Source: an uncultured delta proteobacterium
GTDB lineage: Bacteria > Desulfobacterota > Syntrophia > Syntrophales > UBA5619
Direction of reading: 5' to 3'
Assembly: GCA_963817385.1 (NCBI GenBank)
Contig: CAWFOM010000015.1
Coordinates: forward strand, 1-64,000
Length of the DNA stretch: 64,000 nucleotides
Position numbers and translations under genes: made by a program. How positions within the stretch are numbered: position 1 is the first letter of the stretch; each line of letters opens with the position of its first letter. Under the pieces are notes generated by a model that saw nothing but the letters and a program-made list of their open reading frames with translations, did no database searches and had not been told where the DNA came from. Of the stretch, positions 49,934 to 59,923 are shown in pieces.

Positions 49934-51058
49934 ATGCCAGACACGGCCATCCGGGACCGCGCCGCCGGCGCCATCATGGGGGCCTTCATCGGCGACGCTC
50001 TGGGCCTCGGACCTCACTGGTATTACGATCTCGCTGCGCTTCGCCGCGCCTACGGTGAATGGATCACCGGCTACACCGATCCACAACCCGGCCGATATCA
50101 CGAAGGGTCAAAAGCAGGCCAACTCTCCCAGGCGGGCTTCATCCTCGCCCTCACGGTCCGCTCGCTTGTCGAGCGCGGCGGCTATGATGAGGCGGACTTT
50201 TGTCGCCGGATGGATGAAGAACTCTTTCCGCTCCTTGACGGCACACCGGTAAACGGGCCGGGCGGCTACACCAGCCAGTCGATCCGGGATGCCTGGCGTC
50301 GTCGCGTCCAGCAGAACCTGCCGTGGGGTCAAACGGGCGGCCACGCGGACGACACCGAGGCCATCGAACGCACCCTCGCTCTCGCCGTCCGCTATGCGTT
50401 GCACCCCGGTCAGCTCGCCTCCGCCGTCGCGGGCAATACCATCCTTACCCAGATCGATGACACCGTGGTCTCGATGACCGTCGCCTACTGCGCGGTTCTG
50501 GGCCTTCTGGTGCAGGGGCATGCGCTCGACGCGGAGCTGTCGGCCAAACTGATGGCACTGGTAACCAGCGGAGAACTGCCCTTTCACACGGTCACCCGCG
50601 CCAATTTCCAGCCGCCGCGCCCCGGTGATCCCGACCCGCCCCGTTCCGGCCGATTTGCCTCGCCGGATGCCCTGCTCACGCCATCTTACATCGCCAAAGC
50701 GGCGGCTGATCCGGGCATCCGCATAGAGCCTGCATGGAAGGTGTCCATTGTGTACGGCATGCCCTGCGCCATCTACCACATACTGCCCGCCGCCTACTAC
50801 CTCGCCGCCCGCTTCCCCGACGACTTCGAATCCGCCGTGCTCCATGCCGTCAATGGCGGAGGTCAAAACCAGGCGCGCGCCATCCTCACCGGCGCCCTCG
50901 TCGGCGCCCAGACCGGTCTCTCCCGCATTCCGCAACGATTCCTTGACGGACTCGAAGACGCCACTGCGCTCTGCAACCTGGCCGTCGCCCTCGCCGCGCA
51001 GGTAGCCGGCCCCGCCGACCATCCCGATAGGCCGGATCCGGTGCCGGGCGCCGGATAA
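49934..51058 (+). CDS. ADP-ribosylglycohydrolase family protein (atypical motifs)
   Basis: GAFIGDALG, AVNGGG...R..LTGALVGA. Confidence 0.85.
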   Translation: MPDTAIRDRAAGAIMGAFIGDALGLGPHWYYDLAALRRAYGEWITGYTDPQPGRYHEGSKAGQLSQAGFILALTVRSLVERGGYDEADFCRRMDEELFPLLDGTPVNGPGGYTSQSIRDAWRRRVQQNLPWGQTGGHADDTEAIERTLALAVRYALHPGQLASAVAGNTILTQIDDTVVSMTVAYCAVLGLLVQGHALDAELSAKLMALVTSGELPFHTVTRANFQPPRPGDPDPPRSGRFASPDALLTPSYIAKAAADPGIRIEPAWKVSIVYGMPCAIYHILPAAYYLAARFPDDFESAVLHAVNGGGQNQARAILTGALVGAQTGLSRIPQRFLDGLEDATALCNLAVALAAQVAGPADHPDRPDPVPGAG

Positions 51059-51071
51059 CATCCTTTTAGGA

Positions 51072-51195
51072 AGGCTGTTTAAAAAACGGTTAGACGCAAG
51101 GCGCGCAAAAACTTGAAAAGTGACGCGTAGTGTGAAATACATCGAACGATGAGGTTTGCAGCGCAACGCAGCAGATGAGCCTTTTTCAACGGCCT
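51072..51195. repeat. About 124-bp palindromic element, family A copy 2 (inverted)
   Basis: Reverse complement shares TGCTGCGTTGCGCTG, TACGC.TCACT and CGCCTTGC.TCT with 3727-3851; imperfect terminal IR AGGC(T/C)GTT.AAAAA. Confidence 0.8.
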
Positions 51196-51200
51196 GAAGA

Positions 51201-51644
51201 TTACCATACGAACGGGATCAACCGTTTGGTGGTCCTCATATAGGCGTCGTATCCCGCAAAGTGTTTTCTCAAGAGGTGTTCTTCGTACAGCATCTTTACC
51301 AGCAAATCGACGGTGAGAATCACACCCGCCGACAATCGAATGGGAGAAAACTGATCGATGATCAGCGGCCAGACGGCAAGCAGCAACGCCGCGTACATCG
51401 GGTGTCGTATCAATGCGTAAGGGCCGTTGGTTACCAGCCGTGCTTCTCGTTTTACCAGGGGAGCGATATTGATGTTTCCCCTGCCCATAACGACCATGGC
51501 CCAGATTCCGAGCGCAATCCCGGCAATTTCCGGGATTGCCAGGGGAAGATAGTACGCCAGGGGGCTGCCCGATGCAAAAATCAGCACGAGGCAGATTACT
51601 TGAATGGACACCAAGATGTATGCTTTCACGGTATCTGGATTCAT
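51201..51644 (-). CDS. Isoprenylcysteine carboxyl methyltransferase family membrane protein
   Basis: LVTNGPY..IRHPMY, EE..L...F..Y..Y, RLIPF. Confidence 0.88.
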   Translation of the reverse strand: MNPDTVKAYILVSIQVICLVLIFASGSPLAYYLPLAIPEIAGIALGIWAMVVMGRGNINIAPLVKREARLVTNGPYALIRHPMYAALLLAVWPLIIDQFSPIRLSAGVILTVDLLVKMLYEEHLLRKHFAGYDAYMRTTKRLIPFVW

Positions 51645-51685
51645 TGATCTGTCCCATCCCGGACAGGAGACGGCTTAGGGTATTC

Positions 51686-52708
51686 TCAATTGATTGTCAC
51701 CACCACGCGCAGGGCGTCGCCGGGTCGTTGGTCGACGAAATCCAGGGCGTCCTTGACGTGATCAAGATCAAAGCGGTGGGTGATAAGGGCGTGCAGATCC
51801 ATTTTCCCGCTTTCCAGCACCTTGATGCCCCGGTGGAAATCTTTCGGTGTCATGCCTTTGCTGCCGATGATTTTGATTTCCTTGTAGTACATTGCGTATG
51901 CGTTGAAGCCGTCCATGGCGGCCGGAGCAATTCCAAAGAAGAGCACGGTTCCGCCGGGACGCACCATATCCATCGCCTGGCGTAAGGTAGCGCTGGAGCC
52001 GACGCTTTCGATGGCCAGATCGACGCCCAGTCCGCCGGTGGCTTCCTTAACCGCTTGAACGGGGTCCGTCTTGTCGGCGTTAATAGTCGTTGCACCAAAT
52101 GTTTTGGCGATGTCGAGTTTCCACTGGCTGCGGGTAATGGCAAAAACCGGTTCGGCGCCGCTGATGACCGCGAGCCTGGTTTGCAGCAGGCCGGCTGCCC
52201 CCTGACCGATTACGGCTACTGTTTCACCGGGGGTAATGCGGATCTTTTCGTGGGAATGGAAGACCGTGGACAACGCAATTAAAATTGTCCCGTCTTCATA
52301 GGAAATACCGTCCGGAATCTTGATACAGCTGTAATCGGGAACGGCAACATACTCGGCAAACGTCCCGTCCAATTCACGGCCCATCAAGCCACCGTTGAGA
52401 CAGAGATTGACTTGACCGGTATAGCAGTAGGCACAATGACGGCAGAAAATAACGGAATTCAAGACAACCCGGTCTCCGACGGCCAAATCGGTGACGCCTT
52501 CACCGCATTCCGCAATCTCACCGGTCGATTCGTGTCCCTGTATTACCGGGAGGTTCGGTACGAGCACTTTTCCCGTATAAATGGCTACGTCCGTACCGCA
52601 TATGGCAGTGGCCGTTACCTTGACGAGGACGGAGCCAGGCCCAATCTTCGGGCGGGGAACTTCTTCCACCGTTAAATCATAGGGTCTGCGCAGTACTGCT
52701 GCTTTCAT
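51686..52708 (-). CDS. Zn-dependent alcohol dehydrogenase (MDR family)
   Basis: CGTD, GHE, CRHCAYC...C, GQGAAG. Confidence 0.9.
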   Translation of the reverse strand: MKAAVLRRPYDLTVEEVPRPKIGPGSVLVKVTATAICGTDVAIYTGKVLVPNLPVIQGHESTGEIAECGEGVTDLAVGDRVVLNSVIFCRHCAYCYTGQVNLCLNGGLMGRELDGTFAEYVAVPDYSCIKIPDGISYEDGTILIALSTVFHSHEKIRITPGETVAVIGQGAAGLLQTRLAVISGAEPVFAITRSQWKLDIAKTFGATTINADKTDPVQAVKEATGGLGVDLAIESVGSSATLRQAMDMVRPGGTVLFFGIAPAAMDGFNAYAMYYKEIKIIGSKGMTPKDFHRGIKVLESGKMDLHALITHRFDLDHVKDALDFVDQRPGDALRVVVTIN

Positions 52709-52991
52709 GATAATCTCTTTTTACTGCAATTTTTTAAAGTTCGGATGAGCACGATCGTCTGTGCCCCCAACATATCAGCGACAGACTGATTGCAAAGGGT
52801 AACGGGGGCGAACGTCACGTAATATACTTAAGAAAACATTGTCAAGAAGAAAAGTAATTGTTCAGCGCAGCCTGCTGCTGCCGGTGTTCACCGAGATACC
52901 GGGATTCGGCTGCGCAACCAAACGCCCAAGAGACGTTCGGCGCCGATCCGATTGCCATCACCCGGACTGTCCTCATGAAGAATGATATCCA

Positions 52992-54902
52992 TCAGATACG
53001 GGTGTCTATCTCGCGTCCGTTTTTTGCCGGAAACGTAAAATAAAAAGCCGCCCCTTCGTTAACTTTTCCCTCGGCCCAGACAGTGCCGCCGTGACGGTGA
53101 ACAATCCGCTTGACGATGGCAAGCCCTACACCCGTCCCCTCAAATTCCTCATCGCTATGGAGCCGCTGGAATACGCCGAAGAGCTTGTCATAATAGCGCA
53201 TGTCGAACCCGACCCCGTTATCCTTCACATAGTAAAGCGTCTCCTCGCCGTTATCTTCCCCGCCGATCTCAATGACTGCGCTTCCTTTTGACCGCGAGTA
53301 CTTGACGGCATTGGACAGGAGATTCGACAAGACCTGCCTCACCAGGGTACGGTCGCCAAAGGCCAGCGGCAGAGCGCTCATCCGTAGCGATTTCTGGTTT
53401 CCGTCGTCTTGTGTGCACAGTTCATTCCATGTTTCTTTCACAAGGAGTTCCATATCCACGTAAGAGAGAGTCATGGCCGTGCGGCCCAGGCGGGAGAAGG
53501 CGAGGAGATCATCGATCAACTGGCCCATTCTCAAGACATTGCTTCGGATTACATTGAGTTTCCGCTGTGTATCCTCGGTGAAGTTAGTTCCTTGATCCCT
53601 GAGGAGCATTCGCGAGAAGCCGTCGATGGCGCGCAGCGGTGCCCGCAAATCATGGGAGACCGTATACGTGAAATCTTCGAGCTCTTTATTGGCCGCCTCC
53701 AGATCCGATGTGTGCGCTCGCAGCGCTTCCTCGGCCCGCTTGCGGTCGGTGATGTCCTCCCCTGAGCTGAGGGTGCCGGTGATGCGCCCTTCCCCTTCCC
53801 ACAAAACACTGTTCTGCCATGATATGATCCGCTCTTCGCCGCTGCGGGTTAAAACGGAGTTTTCGAAGGTTCTGTTTTCCTGAACGTTGCCCGCCATCAG
53901 TCCCGAAAAAACATCTTTCACTTCGTCCCGCATCCGCTCCGGCACGAAGGTATCGAACCATTTCTTTCCCATGATCTCCGGCGCCTCATACCCCAGGATC
54001 TCGCAGCCCCGCCGGTTGATCATCGTCACGGTCTGATCCGCGTTCAGGGCGAGCATGAAGCCCCCCACGAGATCGAGGTAGCTTTGCGCACGATCCCTTG
54101 CCTTCTCCAGGGCCTCCTCGTTCTGTTTGAGATTTCTGAACATGAGGTTATAGGGTTTGGTGAGTCCCGTCTCGATGACCGCTTTGTAGATGAGATAAAA
54201 TGAGATAATTTTCAAATAGTGCCCGATCAGGTTGGAAAAGTCATAGACGCCGACATAGAAGGTGAAGGCCAGCTCGGAGCCGATCGTGGCGATGATCGAC
54301 AGGGCGATCATGACCAGGACTTCCCGGTCGAATCCCTCCCGTTTCCGGAGCAACAGAATCAACGAGCCCAAGAGGATGCCGGAAATCACATACTCGCTCG
54401 CGACCTTGAACGGCGTCAATCCGGTGCCGTCAATGTAGCAATCCGGGAAAACACCGGAGAAAATCGCCGCCAGGAGAAGTGAAAAAAACACCGTAAAACC
54501 GGTGAGAACAACATTTATCCGCAGTCTTCGCTTGATATAAAATGGGGCGGCGAGGAGGGCGAGGCTCTCCGCGTAACGGGCGGCGATCCATAGCTGGGTC
54601 GGCAGATTCGCCCCGTAGCCCGCGAAAACGTCCATCCCCTTGTATGCGAGGGTGTGGATGAGGTCGAGGCCGGCGATGAAGAGATAGGCAATGCTGATGA
54701 AGACAAGATAATTATTATCGATGAACCGCCGCGAATTCCAGATGAGCATGAACAGCCCGAACCCGATGATGATGCTGAACAATTCGGCGAGCGTATGGAA
54801 GATCGGGTAGCTGAAGCGGCTGACGATATACAGGCCGATCAGGGATATGACTCCGAGAGTCACTTCACCGGTTCCGAACGAAACAGTGGATCGTTTCTCC
54901 AT
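52992..54902 (-). CDS. MASE3-PAS sensor histidine kinase
   Basis: FHTLAE, HTLAYKGM, QLWIAARY, GHYLK; PAS; SHDLRAPLR; DNGVG; FQRLH; GVGL. Confidence 0.92.
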   Translation of the reverse strand: MEKRSTVSFGTGEVTLGVISLIGLYIVSRFSYPIFHTLAELFSIIIGFGLFMLIWNSRRFIDNNYLVFISIAYLFIAGLDLIHTLAYKGMDVFAGYGANLPTQLWIAARYAESLALLAAPFYIKRRLRINVVLTGFTVFFSLLLAAIFSGVFPDCYIDGTGLTPFKVASEYVISGILLGSLILLLRKREGFDREVLVMIALSIIATIGSELAFTFYVGVYDFSNLIGHYLKIISFYLIYKAVIETGLTKPYNLMFRNLKQNEEALEKARDRAQSYLDLVGGFMLALNADQTVTMINRRGCEILGYEAPEIMGKKWFDTFVPERMRDEVKDVFSGLMAGNVQENRTFENSVLTRSGEERIISWQNSVLWEGEGRITGTLSSGEDITDRKRAEEALRAHTSDLEAANKELEDFTYTVSHDLRAPLRAIDGFSRMLLRDQGTNFTEDTQRKLNVIRSNVLRMGQLIDDLLAFSRLGRTAMTLSYVDMELLVKETWNELCTQDDGNQKSLRMSALPLAFGDRTLVRQVLSNLLSNAVKYSRSKGSAVIEIGGEDNGEETLYYVKDNGVGFDMRYYDKLFGVFQRLHSDEEFEGTGVGLAIVKRIVHRHGGTVWAEGKVNEGAAFYFTFPAKNGREIDTRI

Positions 54903-55228
54903 TATTCCCTTTCCATAACTCCGACGGTTTCATAAAAAGTTTCGGAAAAACATCGGCGTGCTAAGCTCAGGCGAACCGTATCGTGTTCTCATAAGCTTGA
55001 TCCGGAGATTGGAGAGGCATTCTTGTAAATAAAATCCTTTTTGTCAAGGTCGCATTTACGATAACTATATTACTCATTCGTAGACCTTGCATACCGACTT
55101 TTCTCGTCTCTACGAGCGCTTCGACGAGATCATCGGCGCGACCGGCAACCACGAAACGCCGCGGTAACCGACGACCATAGTCTCCTCCTTGCGGGCATGT
55201 TCGTTATCCTACCCAACGCGAAAATCGT

Positions 55229-55249
55229 CGATTCAAAATCCGTCGTCTC
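55229..55249 (+). repeat. Direct repeat, copy 1, flanking the MFS gene
   Basis: CGATTCAAAATCCGTCGTCTC. Confidence 0.55.
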
Positions 55250-55276
55250 CGACGGCCTGATCACTCACGTCGCTGG

Positions 55277-56515
55277 CTATGCGGCGGTGACGCGCCGCCG
55301 GCCCGCCATCTGCCACCATACGGCCAGGATCAGCGGCGCCGTCGACACGGCAGCCGCCGCCAGCGCCATTACCCCGTAGCCGCCGACGGCGTACACCAAT
55401 CCGCTGACGGCCTGGCTGGAGGCAGAGGCCAGGTTCAAGAGCAGGTCGTTGAACCCCTGGGTTTTGGACCTCTCCGCGGGAGCGAGTTGGTCGGCCAGCA
55501 GGGTGGATCCGGCTACATACGCGAAGTTCCAACCGAGACCCAGAAAAAAAAGGGCGATCATCAGCGGTATGAGGCCGGTGGAAGGGACGGCCATCAGGCA
55601 GGAGAAGATCATGACAATCAAGCCCAGGATGATTACCTGACCCCGCCCCCACCGGTCGGTCATCCGCCCGGAGATGATGGAGAAGGCGTACATCCCCAGG
55701 GTGTGGGCGGAGATCACCAGCGAGACGGCGCTCAAGGTGTGCTGGTTGGCCTTCATGTGAACCGAGGTGATCGACATCGGCACTACCATCACCATCTGGG
55801 CAAAAACCACGCTGACCATGGCCACGATGACCCCCGGCTGCCGCACGATTGCTGAAAGGGAGCGGGTCCCCTGCCGGGGGACCGATTCCGGGTATATGCG
55901 GGCGAGTTCCCGCCCGACATCACGGGGATCCGGCCGCAGTCCCGCGAAGATCAGCATCGCCGCCAGGATCAGTCCGGCAAAGCCGACGCCGTAGGGCCCG
56001 GCCAGCTCCGGGTAGCCGGCCCACAGCGACAACTGTCCGGTGGGGCCCACCAGCAGGGGCCCGAACACCGCCCCCACCGTGCTCCCCAGTACGACATGGG
56101 AAATGGCCCGCCCCCGTTCCGATGGCAAGTGGACCTCCGCGGCGGCAAAACGACCCAGATCCACGGCCGACCTGGCAACCCCCACCAGGACGAGGCCCAG
56201 CAGGAAGAGGGGCAGGGAACGGCCCACCACCGCACTTATCGCGATCACCGATCCCACCACCCCGATGACCTGGCCCAGGGCGAGGCCTCCTCGCCGGCCG
56301 ATCCGATCCATGCTGAAACCCCAAAGGAGAGCGCCGCACGCCTGCCCCAGGACGTAGACGGCGCCGGGTACGCCCGCCATGGCCGTCCGACCGCTCAAGT
56401 CGACGCCCACGAGGGAATTGACGGCGAAGGCGGCGATGAATCCGGCCGAACTGAGGCTCTGAGACAGGAATAGTACGATCGTTATCTTCCGGGCGATACG
56501 GGTATAGTCTTTCAT
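55277..56515 (-). CDS. MFS transporter
   Basis: DRIGRR, RFAAAE, H.LGMY, DRWGR, GLGWNF. Confidence 0.9.
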   Translation of the reverse strand: MKDYTRIARKITIVLFLSQSLSSAGFIAAFAVNSLVGVDLSGRTAMAGVPGAVYVLGQACGALLWGFSMDRIGRRGGLALGQVIGVVGSVIAISAVVGRSLPLFLLGLVLVGVARSAVDLGRFAAAEVHLPSERGRAISHVVLGSTVGAVFGPLLVGPTGQLSLWAGYPELAGPYGVGFAGLILAAMLIFAGLRPDPRDVGRELARIYPESVPRQGTRSLSAIVRQPGVIVAMVSVVFAQMVMVVPMSITSVHMKANQHTLSAVSLVISAHTLGMYAFSIISGRMTDRWGRGQVIILGLIVMIFSCLMAVPSTGLIPLMIALFFLGLGWNFAYVAGSTLLADQLAPAERSKTQGFNDLLLNLASASSQAVSGLVYAVGGYGVMALAAAAVSTAPLILAVWWQMAGRRRVTAA

Positions 56516-56628
56516 CCATTGCTCCTTTTTTTTATGGCCAAGAGGTACGGCAAATGTTAAGGGATGTCAACAGGAATCGTTTCCGACGCCATACCGCCCC
56601 CCGGCCCGCGCCGGGCGATCTCGCTTCC

Positions 56629-56650
56629 CGATTCAAAACCCCGTCGTCTC
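56629..56650 (+). repeat. Direct repeat, copy 2, flanking the MFS gene
   Basis: CGATTCAAAACCCCGTCGTCTC. Confidence 0.55.
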
Positions 56651-56745
56651 ACTATTTTGCGTATCGATTGCGCCGGTTGGATAATAAGGTTATATTGATG
56701 CCGGTTCAAGAGGCGTCAGATTGAATTGGAGAGGAGAAATATGTT

Positions 56746-58002
56746 GTGACCTATGTTGGATCGGAAGTTTCACGGAAAAGGAAAAAGGGCTTCAGCACGT
56801 TCTCTTCACTGCGGAATATCGACTATCGCTACCTGTGGATAGGCAACCTGTTCAACACGGGCGGACTGTGGATTCAGCAGGTAACCATCAGTTGGCTGGT
56901 GTGGGAATTATCCGGGTCAGCCGCACTGGTGGGTATCACCGCAGGGTTGCGTTTCGTGCCGTTCATATTCCTGGGGCCTCTCGGCGGCGTTGCCGCCGAC
57001 CGCCTGGACCGCCGCCGTCTTTTGATGATTACGCAAACGGTTATGGCGGCAGCGGCGGTGGTGTTCGCCATGGTGGTGGCGCTGGACTGGGTGCGTGTAT
57101 GGCACGCAATGGTGTTCAGCTTCGTGATGGGATGCGGATTTACCCTGAATATGCCCGTCCGTCAGTCCCTGATAGCGAACACCGTGCCGCTCGAAGAACT
57201 GGGCAATGCCATCGCCCTCAACGCCACTGCCGTCAACGCCAGCCGTATTATCGGACCAGCGGCGGGCGGTGTTCTTATCGTGGCCTTTGGTGCGGCAGGG
57301 AACTTCCTTCTGCAGGCGGGTCTGTACCTATGCATGGTGGCGGTGATCTTTCCGATGAAAGCGCCTTACCGGGACGGCGCGCCTGCGAGCAAGGCGTCGG
57401 CCTTCGGCAGCCTGAAAGAGGGCGTCCATTATGTCTGGGGGAACAAGACCCTGTTCGGCCTGGTTATCCTCAGTTTCATCCCATCCCTGTTCGTGATGCC
57501 GATATTGCAGATCATGCCGGTCTTCACCGAGAAGGTTCTCCATGCCAAGGCCGATATCTATGGCTACCTGATGGCTTCATTCGGCGTCGGCGGCCTCCTG
57601 GCGACCCTGACCATGGCCTCGTTCGGGAGCAGTATTCGCAGCGGATGGATGGGAATTGCGGCGCTGTCGAGCGCCGCCATCATGGTTATCCTTTTATCCC
57701 AGTCCGGCATGCCCTGGATTGCGTTTCTCCTGCTTGCAGCTGTCGGTTTTTTCATAATGACCTTCAAAGTCAACAACAATACCCTCGTGCAGATACTGGC
57801 GCCCGATGCCCTCCGTGGGCGCATCATGTCCATCTACCAGCTTGACCACGCCCTTACGCCGCTTTCCTACTTTGTCCTGGGAGTAGGTGCGGACATCTTT
57901 TCCGCGCCTACTGCCATGGCGGCATCGGGTGTGCTGGGGCTGGTGGTGACGGCCGCGCTGATGGCAAGCGTGAAACAGATACGGGAGCTGCGAAAATTGT
58001 AG
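56746..58002 (+). CDS. MFS transporter (MFS_3/EntS-like)
   Basis: GVAADRLDRRRLL, P.RQS, RIIGPA, RGRIMS. Confidence 0.9.
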   Translation: MTYVGSEVSRKRKKGFSTFSSLRNIDYRYLWIGNLFNTGGLWIQQVTISWLVWELSGSAALVGITAGLRFVPFIFLGPLGGVAADRLDRRRLLMITQTVMAAAAVVFAMVVALDWVRVWHAMVFSFVMGCGFTLNMPVRQSLIANTVPLEELGNAIALNATAVNASRIIGPAAGGVLIVAFGAAGNFLLQAGLYLCMVAVIFPMKAPYRDGAPASKASAFGSLKEGVHYVWGNKTLFGLVILSFIPSLFVMPILQIMPVFTEKVLHAKADIYGYLMASFGVGGLLATLTMASFGSSIRSGWMGIAALSSAAIMVILLSQSGMPWIAFLLLAAVGFFIMTFKVNNNTLVQILAPDALRGRIMSIYQLDHALTPLSYFVLGVGADIFSAPTAMAASGVLGLVVTAALMASVKQIRELRKL

Positions 58003-58100
58003 AAGCATCTTTATAGGAAAGCAGCGGGATATGAGCCGAGAAAGATGTTGATAGCCGGCTTTGGTGCGGTGATACGTGACGGAACCGATGGAGCGACGAT

Positions 58101-58859
58101 ATGGACAAGGAACTCACGAGAAAATACCGATCATTTTTAAAAGACAGCATCCGCAAGGGTATTGATTTTTCTCAAACCGATCAGTACCGGGGAATTGCGC
58201 CTCCTCCGATTGAAAAGCCTTACCCGAAAGAATCCAAACGAATGACCCTTCCCCCCCATGACCGGTTAAAAGATATCGGCACCGGTGATCTTCAATCGGT
58301 CATCAGGAACCGTGAAAGCCGCCGCTCCTACAGCGATGAGCCGCTCGCTCTTGAAGAGCTGTCTTTCCTTTTGTGGGCTACCCAGGGGATACGGCGGAAA
58401 CTCGATCCCGGTCATGCGTTGAGAACGGTTCCTTCCGCCGGCTGCCGCCACGCGCTGGAAACATATCTCTGTGTCTTGAATGTCTCGGGATTGGATCAGG
58501 GAATCTACCGTTACCTGCCGCTTGAGCATCAACTCCTGTTTGAATTTGCCGAGGAGAACCTGCAGAAAAAGATTGTCCGGGCCGTTCTCGGTCAGCCATA
58601 CCCCGGAGAAGCGGCCGTTACCTTTATCTGGACGGCGATCCCGTACCGAATGGAATGGCGCTATGGGATTGCAGCCCACAAGGTCATTGCGATTGACGCC
58701 GGTCATGTCTGCCAGAATCTTTATCTTGCCTGTGAAGCGATCGGTGCGGGGACTTGTGCGATTGCCGCCTACGATCAGGAGGGGGTAGACGAACTCCTCA
58801 GGATTGACGGAGAGGATGAAACCACGATTTATCTTGCATCGGTGGGGAAAAGAAAATGA
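58101..58859 (+). CDS. SagB/ThcOx family nitroreductase-like dehydrogenase
   Basis: R.SRRSY, LLWATQG, RTVPSAG, DAGH.CQNLYL. Confidence 0.9.
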   Translation: MDKELTRKYRSFLKDSIRKGIDFSQTDQYRGIAPPPIEKPYPKESKRMTLPPHDRLKDIGTGDLQSVIRNRESRRSYSDEPLALEELSFLLWATQGIRRKLDPGHALRTVPSAGCRHALETYLCVLNVSGLDQGIYRYLPLEHQLLFEFAEENLQKKIVRAVLGQPYPGEAAVTFIWTAIPYRMEWRYGIAAHKVIAIDAGHVCQNLYLACEAIGAGTCAIAAYDQEGVDELLRIDGEDETTIYLASVGKRK

Positions 58860-58955
58860 CGAGCAACTCGGCATCCCCGAAAAAGATCGCGCGTATTGCA
58901 AGGATGATCTGCTCCATGGTTGATTGAGGATCCCGGCGGAGAAGGATTTGGAGCT

Positions 58956-59906
58956 TCACGGCGATTCTTTTTTCAGAAGGCGTTTCGATTGCTCCAACTC
59001 ATTTCTCAATATCTCAATCATATTCGTTTGATCGTCAATGATCTTTTTGATGTCCAGATTCCTGATCTGTTCCTGGCTCATGCGAAGTCTGGCCAGTGTT
59101 TGATCAATGGTATCGGCGATACTTGCCTTTTCATGGGAAACCGCATCCGGTTGGTTGTCTTCATACGTCTTGAGCCTGGCTACGATCATCTTGACGGCAT
59201 TTTCCATCTCCTTGAATTCGCCGTTGGATCTAAAATCCAGATGGATGTCGTAATTGCGGTTGGAAATTCTTTTCAGGCTCTCGGAAAGCTGCCTGATCGG
59301 ATCGGTGATCATGCTGGGAAAATTGAATATGAAGACGATCGATAACAGAAAACAGATTGAGGCAATGATCGTCAATATGACATAGGAACGCCGTTCATAC
59401 CGGGTCACGCGCTCATTTTTTTTCATGATCGCCTGCATGTTGATGTCGGAAATTTGATAAATCTTGGACTTTAACGAATGATACTTTGCTAACAGATTCC
59501 GAAAATAAAAATCGGATCTGTTTTTTATCGCATGGATCTCCGCGACCGATACCATATAACTCTTGTATTCGCCGGACAGTGACTGAAGCACTTCCCGTTC
59601 CCCGGGTTCCGTGACGTTCTTGGCCTCTTTCCGTAAATTATCTTCAAATGCATCGTATAAAGCGGCCAATTCGTTTTCACGCTTCATTTTTTGCGGATTG
59701 AAGAGGAGAGCCAATTGCAAGGCGTTGATCCGGTCTATCGTCTGGAGCATGTTTTCGGCGTATTGGATCGAAAGATTGTTGTCTTTCATGATCTTTTCTG
59801 ATTGCTGGGAGATATTGTAGATGCTGTATGCGCCGAACAGGGCGATGACGAGAAATTCAATAAACAGAAAAATAATCCCCAACGTGAGTTTTTCCTTGAT
59901 TTTCAT
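58956..59906 (-). CDS. Membrane sensor (four-helix extracellular domain plus HAMP) without a kinase domain
   Basis: TM, NVTEPGE periplasmic domain, TM, P...PIRQL HAMP, coiled-coil tail; no H/N/G boxes. Confidence 0.75.
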   Translation of the reverse strand: MKIKEKLTLGIIFLFIEFLVIALFGAYSIYNISQQSEKIMKDNNLSIQYAENMLQTIDRINALQLALLFNPQKMKRENELAALYDAFEDNLRKEAKNVTEPGEREVLQSLSGEYKSYMVSVAEIHAIKNRSDFYFRNLLAKYHSLKSKIYQISDINMQAIMKKNERVTRYERRSYVILTIIASICFLLSIVFIFNFPSMITDPIRQLSESLKRISNRNYDIHLDFRSNGEFKEMENAVKMIVARLKTYEDNQPDAVSHEKASIADTIDQTLARLRMSQEQIRNLDIKKIIDDQTNMIEILRNELEQSKRLLKKESP

Positions 59907-59923
59907 GATCTCCCTCCTCACTG

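Noticed and set aside
58101..58859. RiPP (azole) biosynthetic cluster suggested by the SagB-like gene
   Set aside because: No YcaO, precursor peptide or cyclodehydratase nearby; stand-alone SagB-like nitroreductases are common in anaerobes.
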